Assembly: GCA_003240735.1 (NCBI GenBank)
Contig: QFNE01000014.1
Location: 976-64,975, forward strand
DNA from: Paracoccus denitrificans
GTDB taxonomy: Bacteria > Pseudomonadota > Alphaproteobacteria > Rhodobacterales > Rhodobacteraceae
DNA length: 64,000 nucleotides
Direction: 5' to 3'
Shown: positions 58,881 to 64,000 of the stretch, in pieces
How the letters are laid out: each line of letters begins with the position of its first letter
How positions within the stretch are numbered: position 1 is the stretch's first letter
Notes under the pieces: generated by a model
What the model saw: the letters and a program-made list of their open reading frames with translations, nothing else
Told to the model about the DNA's origin: nothing
The model's database searches: none
Made by a program: the position numbers and the translations under genes

Positions 58881-59853
58881 TCGCCTCGGCCTCTCGGTCC
58901 GAGTGGGGGGCGGGGGACTGCGGCGTGGGCGCGTCGCCGTCGGCGATGGGGGGAGACACGGTCTGCGGCGTGGTCGGCAGGACCGGACCGATGAACCCCG
59001 GATCTGGCGGCGGGATCAACGCCATCGTGTCGCCGATGGTATCGGCGGGATGGCTGCGCAGGACACGCAGAAACTCCAGCCGCCCGTAATCTGCTGCCAG
59101 ACGCAGGCGTAGCCGGCCGTCCGATGCCATAACGGTCTGGCCGACGACCAGTCCGGCCGGGAAGATGCCGCCGTCGCCCGAGCTGATCACGCGGTCGCCC
59201 GGGCGCACGTCTTCCGGAGATTCGATGAAATCCAGAACCGGCAGCGTGGTGTTGTCCCCTGTCAGCAGCGCATGCTGCCCCGACGGTTGGATCGTCACCG
59301 GCAGCCGCGACGAAGGGTCTGTCAACAGGATCACCCGACTGGTCGAGGGACCGACGCCCGAGATGCGCCCGACCAGACCCAAGCCGTCCATCGTGGCCCA
59401 GCCGTCCAGCACACCGTCGCGCGCGCCCACATTCAGCAGGACCGACTGGCGGAACGGAGTGCCGCTGTCCGTCATGACGACGCCAGACACGGCGGTCAGG
59501 GCCGGATCGATGCGGACGTTGTTCTGCGCCAGCAGCTTAGCATTCTCCTGCTCCAGCTGGACGGCGGCTTCCTTCCATGCAGACATTTTCTGCAATTCGC
59601 GCCGAAGTTCCTGATTTTGCTGGTAAAGACGTGAATACGATTGAAACCCGCCGACCATGTCGGTCAGGCGCGCGACCGGCGCCATGGCCCAGCTGAAACT
59701 GGGAACGAAGCGGTCGACGAACAGCGCGCGCATGCGTTCGGCGCGCGGCCCGTCGATGCGCCAGAACAGGAACAGCGCAAGCAGAACCATGACCAGCAGC
59801 GTGACAAGAACGCGCCGGACCGGTGTCGCGAAGTCATAGCCCTTGCGCGCCAA
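58873..59853 (-). CDS. mreC: rod shape-determining protein MreC
   Basis: N-terminal TM, coiled coil (NQELRRELQKMSAWKEAAVQLEQENAKL), beta-barrel domains, Pro-rich tail. Confidence 0.88.
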   Translation of the reverse strand: MARKGYDFATPVRRVLVTLLVMVLLALFLFWRIDGPRAERMRALFVDRFVPSFSWAMAPVARLTDMVGGFQSYSRLYQQNQELRRELQKMSAWKEAAVQLEQENAKLLAQNNVRIDPALTAVSGVVMTDSGTPFRQSVLLNVGARDGVLDGWATMDGLGLVGRISGVGPSTSRVILLTDPSSRLPVTIQPSGQHALLTGDNTTLPVLDFIESPEDVRPGDRVISSGDGGIFPAGLVVGQTVMASDGRLRLRLAADYGRLEFLRVLRSHPADTIGDTMALIPPPDPGFIGPVLPTTPQTVSPPIADGDAPTPQSPAPHSDREAEAND

Positions 59854-59862
59854 GACGTGACC

Positions 59863-60966
<1,104 letters not shown>

Positions 60967-61100
60967 TTAGGTCACCGCGGCCGAGTCGTCAGGGCGCAGA
61001 TCGGAAGGACGTATAGGGCCGGGGCGGACACGTTGAAACCGTTAATTGCGTGATTTGGTGGTCTTTGGCGGTGATCCGCACGCGGCGTCAGTGTGATGTT

Positions 61101-61128
61101 AAAACGCCCCGCAGCGTGCTGCGGGGCG
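61101..61128 (-). terminator. intrinsic terminator of leuA
   Basis: On the minus strand: cgccccgcag-cacg-ctgcggggcg, a 10-bp stem (61105-61114/61119-61128), followed by TTTT (complement of 61101-61104). It lies 24 nt after the leuA stop. Confidence 0.65.
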
Positions 61129-61151
61129 CGGATCATGTCTGTCGCGACCGA

Positions 61152-62717
61152 TCAGTGAGAGTAGATCGTCACCTGCTTGGCGTCGCCATCCTTGCCCACG
61201 GCCTCGCGCCGCATCTTCAGGCGGTTCAGCGCGCCGACATAGGCCTTGACGCTGGCCAGAATGGTGTCGGTGTCGGCGGCCTGACCCGTGGCGATGCGGC
61301 CGTCCTCCTCCAGCCGGACACTGACGGTTGCCTGCGCGTCGGTCCCTTCGGTCACGGCGTGAACCTGGTACAGCTGCAACGTGGCATCGTGGGGGAACAG
61401 CGCATCAACCGCATTGAAGGCAGCATCGACCGGACCGTCGCCCTGACTGTCCAGTTGCTGTTCGTCATCGCCGACCAGCATGGTCAGGTTCGCGGTCGCA
61501 GGTTCACCTCCGCCGCAAATGACGCGCAGACTGCGGACCTGCAGGTAATCGCTGGTGGTGTTGGCCGTGCTGTCCTGCATCAGCGCAATCAGGTCGTCGT
61601 CGTAGACTTCCTTCTTGCGGTCGGCGAGCGCCTTGAACCGAACGAACACATCCTTCAGCTGGTTGTCCCCGATTTCATATCCCAGATCGGCCAACTTGGC
61701 GCGCAGCGCGGCGCGACCCGAATGCTTGCCCAGGACCAGCGAGGTATCGGCCAGACCGACGTCGGCGGGGCGCATGATCTCGAACGTCTCGGCGTTCTTC
61801 AGCATGCCGTCCTGATGGATGCCGGATTCGTGGGCAAAGGCGTTCTTGCCAACGATCGCCTTGTTGAACTGAACCGGAAAGCCCGACACCTGCGCCACGC
61901 GACGGGAAATGCCCATGATCTTGCGGGTGTCGACGCCGGTCGTGAACGGCATGATGTCGTGGCGCACCTTCAGGGCCATCACGACCTCCTCCAGCGCAGT
62001 ATTGCCAGCGCGTTCGCCCAGACCGTTGATCGTGCATTCGACCTGACGGGCGCCAGCCTCGACCGCGGCGAGGCTGTTGGCGGTCGCCATGCCCAGATCG
62101 TTGTGACAGTGCGTGGCAAAGATGATCGAGTCCGCGCCGGGCACCCGCTCCAGCAACATGCGGATCAGATCGGCGGATTCGCGCGGCGCGGTATAGCCGA
62201 CGGTATCGGGGATGTTGATCGTGGTCGCACCGGCCTTGATGGCGATTTCGACGACCCGGCACAGATAGTCGTGTTCCGTCCGCGTAGCGTCCATCGGCGA
62301 CCATTGGACATTGTCACACAGGTTGCGGGCATGCGTTACGGTGTCGTGAATACGCTGTGCCATCTGGTCCTTGTCCAGATTGGGGATCGCGCGGTGCAGC
62401 GGAGATGTCCCGATGAACGTGTGAATGCGGGGTTTGCGGGCGTTCTTCACGGCCTCCCAGCAGCGGTCGATGTCAGGGAACTGCGCGCGGGCCAACCCGC
62501 AGATCACGGCATTCTGGGACATCTTGGCGATTTCCGACACGGCGGCAAAGTCGCCTTCGGACGCGATGGGGAAGCCGGCTTCGATGACGTCGACCCCCAT
62601 TTCGTCCAGCAGCTGGGCTATCTCCAGCTTTTCGGCGTGGGACATCGTGGCGCCGGGCGACTGTTCGCCGTCGCGCAGAGTGGTGTCGAAAATCAGGACG
62701 CGGTCTTTATCTGACAT
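61152..62717 (-). CDS. leuA: 2-isopropylmalate synthase
   Basis: MSDKDRVLIFDTTLRDGEQSPG, HCHNDLGMATANSLAAV, C-terminal LeuA dimerisation/regulatory domain. 521 aa. Confidence 0.95.
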   Translation of the reverse strand: MSDKDRVLIFDTTLRDGEQSPGATMSHAEKLEIAQLLDEMGVDVIEAGFPIASEGDFAAVSEIAKMSQNAVICGLARAQFPDIDRCWEAVKNARKPRIHTFIGTSPLHRAIPNLDKDQMAQRIHDTVTHARNLCDNVQWSPMDATRTEHDYLCRVVEIAIKAGATTINIPDTVGYTAPRESADLIRMLLERVPGADSIIFATHCHNDLGMATANSLAAVEAGARQVECTINGLGERAGNTALEEVVMALKVRHDIMPFTTGVDTRKIMGISRRVAQVSGFPVQFNKAIVGKNAFAHESGIHQDGMLKNAETFEIMRPADVGLADTSLVLGKHSGRAALRAKLADLGYEIGDNQLKDVFVRFKALADRKKEVYDDDLIALMQDSTANTTSDYLQVRSLRVICGGGEPATANLTMLVGDDEQQLDSQGDGPVDAAFNAVDALFPHDATLQLYQVHAVTEGTDAQATVSVRLEEDGRIATGQAADTDTILASVKAYVGALNRLKMRREAVGKDGDAKQVTIYSH

Positions 62718-62799
62718 GTTCTTGCTTCTTCTGCCTTGGAGCTGGTGTCTTTGTCGACCGGGCGCACAACCTGACTGAGCGGCGGCCCGGCGGACCCGC

Positions 62800-62898
62800 T
62801 CAGCGCAGCGTAAGAAGAAGCAGACCGCGGAGGTTCACGGCAAACGAGGCGCCTTGGGGCGCCCTCGGTGCGGTGGACAGGTGGTGAATCCGGGTCAT
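62800..62898 (-). promoter_or_regulatory. candidate leucine leader peptide (32 aa) of a leuA attenuator
   Basis: Manual minus-strand translation: MTRIHHLSTAPRAPQGASFAVNLRGLLLLTLR*. It has four consecutive Leu codons, CTG CTT CTT CTT (62823-62812), and 6 Leu in the last 10 residues. The TGA lies inside the stem CTGAGCGG/CCGCTCAG (62775-62782/62796-62803). No clear SD. Confidence 0.5.
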
Positions 62899-62930
62899 GG
62901 CCGGAACTATGGCCCGAGGATTTCGATATG

Positions 62931-62969
62931 AAAAGGGGCCAGCGGCGAAAAAAACCGCTGGCCCCAAAA
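62931..62969 (-). terminator. intrinsic terminator after the 271-aa hypothetical gene (potentially bidirectional)
   Basis: ggggccagcgg(62935-62945)/ccgctggcccc(62955-62965): perfect 11-bp stem, A/T-only flanks (aaaa on both sides in the plus strand, giving a U-tract on the minus-strand RNA). Confidence 0.7.
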
Positions 62970-62994
62970 CATGGCAAGACGTGCAGCGCGCCGT

Positions 62995-63810
62995 TCAGGC
63001 GGCGCAGCGTTCGAATTCAGACAGCGCGGCGCGCAGGTCGTTCGTGAGCTTGGCAATCTGCTGACGATAGCTTTGGACATAGCCCGCGCGGGCCGATGCG
63101 ACGTCGGTCTGATCCTGAAGATAGGTATCCAGCCGCGACGCAACCGCCACGTTATAGGTGTAGGCCGCCTTCACACCGCTGAGGGAACGCGAGATCGACG
63201 AATACTTGTCGTCCGCGGCCGTGCTGCCGATGGCGATGGCGCCCGAAACGGTGTCGAAGGCGGTATTGACGGCACCCTGCTGCGCCTCGGCCTTGGCTTT
63301 GGCGGTATCGCGCTGGGCGGCCGACACAGCGGCCGGGGCCAGATCAGTGACCTGCCGGAGCTTCAGCTGCGCCAACTGCGCGCCCGCCGATTTGCCCTGC
63401 ACGGCCGAGTTGATGTTGTCGACGGTGCGGATGCCGATGGTCGACCAGTTGGCGTTACCGCTGAGGATCTCACCCAGACTGTCGCCGATTCCGACGCTTG
63501 CGGACGCGATGCGTGCGGTTCCCTGCGCCGGGTTCCGGTCGGGCAGGATCGAGGCCGCGAGGTCCAAAAACGCCACGCAGGTGTCGCGAATCAGACCTGT
63601 CACGACGATGCCCTTGTTGCCGAATTCGATCTTGTCCTGAATCGACATCAGCTCCTGATGCAGCTTTTCAGCGGCGGCAATGTGACGGCGAATGTTGGCG
63701 ATCTTGGCAGAGCTGTCTGCACAGCTTTGCGGAATTTGAAGGTTGAACTGATGGACGAGCGGTTGGTACCGCGGAATGCTGTTGACGCGTAGCTGCGGAG
63801 AATTGGCCAT
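62995..63810 (-). CDS. hypothetical protein, predicted all-helical, no recognised family
   Basis: 271-aa ORF with GC3-rich codons, its own terminator, and an AT-rich upstream region (63811-63920). No signal peptide or TM. Helical N- and C-terminal parts flank a Gly/Ala/Ser-rich centre. Confidence 0.6.
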   Translation of the reverse strand: MANSPQLRVNSIPRYQPLVHQFNLQIPQSCADSSAKIANIRRHIAAAEKLHQELMSIQDKIEFGNKGIVVTGLIRDTCVAFLDLAASILPDRNPAQGTARIASASVGIGDSLGEILSGNANWSTIGIRTVDNINSAVQGKSAGAQLAQLKLRQVTDLAPAAVSAAQRDTAKAKAEAQQGAVNTAFDTVSGAIAIGSTAADDKYSSISRSLSGVKAAYTYNVAVASRLDTYLQDQTDVASARAGYVQSYRQQIAKLTNDLRAALSEFERCAA

Positions 63811-63920
63811 TTGAAAAAACCTATCGTCAATAAATGATCAAAGATTAGCCCCAGCTTGCGCCGTTTGCATGACATAAATTTCAGCACTCGGTTTTCGCCA
63901 GAGAATGGCAAGAAACCGCC

Positions 63921-64000
63921 GTTAAAATTCCATCTTCGGACATTTGTTCTGGATCACGGTCTTGCCCTGCGCCTGCGCAGCGGTGGCGGCTGATTCGCTT
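63921..64000 (-). CDS. 3' end of an unidentified gene (partial, 26 codons visible)
   Basis: Manual translation to TAA at 63923-63921: ...SESAATAAQAQGKTVIQNKCPKMEF*. Too short to classify. Confidence 0.25.

Overview
High-GC, strongly GC3-biased chromosomal segment of an alphaproteobacterium. Gene content and local synteny look Rhodobacterales-like, but this is inference only. I can support about 57 protein genes, one tRNA, several stem-loop terminators and a few regulatory candidates. Most of the window is core housekeeping: mutY, argF, ssb, hemB, mfd, pyrG, secG, hisA, edd, purA, lpdA, queA, kdsA, mreBCD-mrdA-rodA and leuA. It also carries transport and catabolic modules: a peptide-type ABC system with an oxidase, an amidohydrolase and a LysR regulator; tauABC with ssuD; a ProP-like MFS; and kpsT-kpsE. 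The only clearly accessory stretch is a small degenerate islet directly 3' of tRNA-Gln (about 42.2-47.5 kb). It holds a stop-interrupted integrase remnant and an incomplete siderophore uptake trio. I see no CRISPR array, intact mobile element, prophage or recognisable defence or toxin system, and no convincing novel multi-gene system. The best leads are: (1) a leucine-codon leader peptide upstream of leuA whose Leu-codon tract is exactly complementary to the leuA ribosome-binding region; (2) two Rosetta-stone style fusions, MFS-DUF924 and DUF2218-SIP; (3) an orphan soluble Aer-like PAS protein with a degenerate MCP-like C-terminal region; (4) an unclassifiable helical protein at the right edge. 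The many long ORFs antisense to real genes are GC-driven shadow ORFs. Several ORF-track entries were trimmed at the 5' end to the start that matches the conserved N-terminus.
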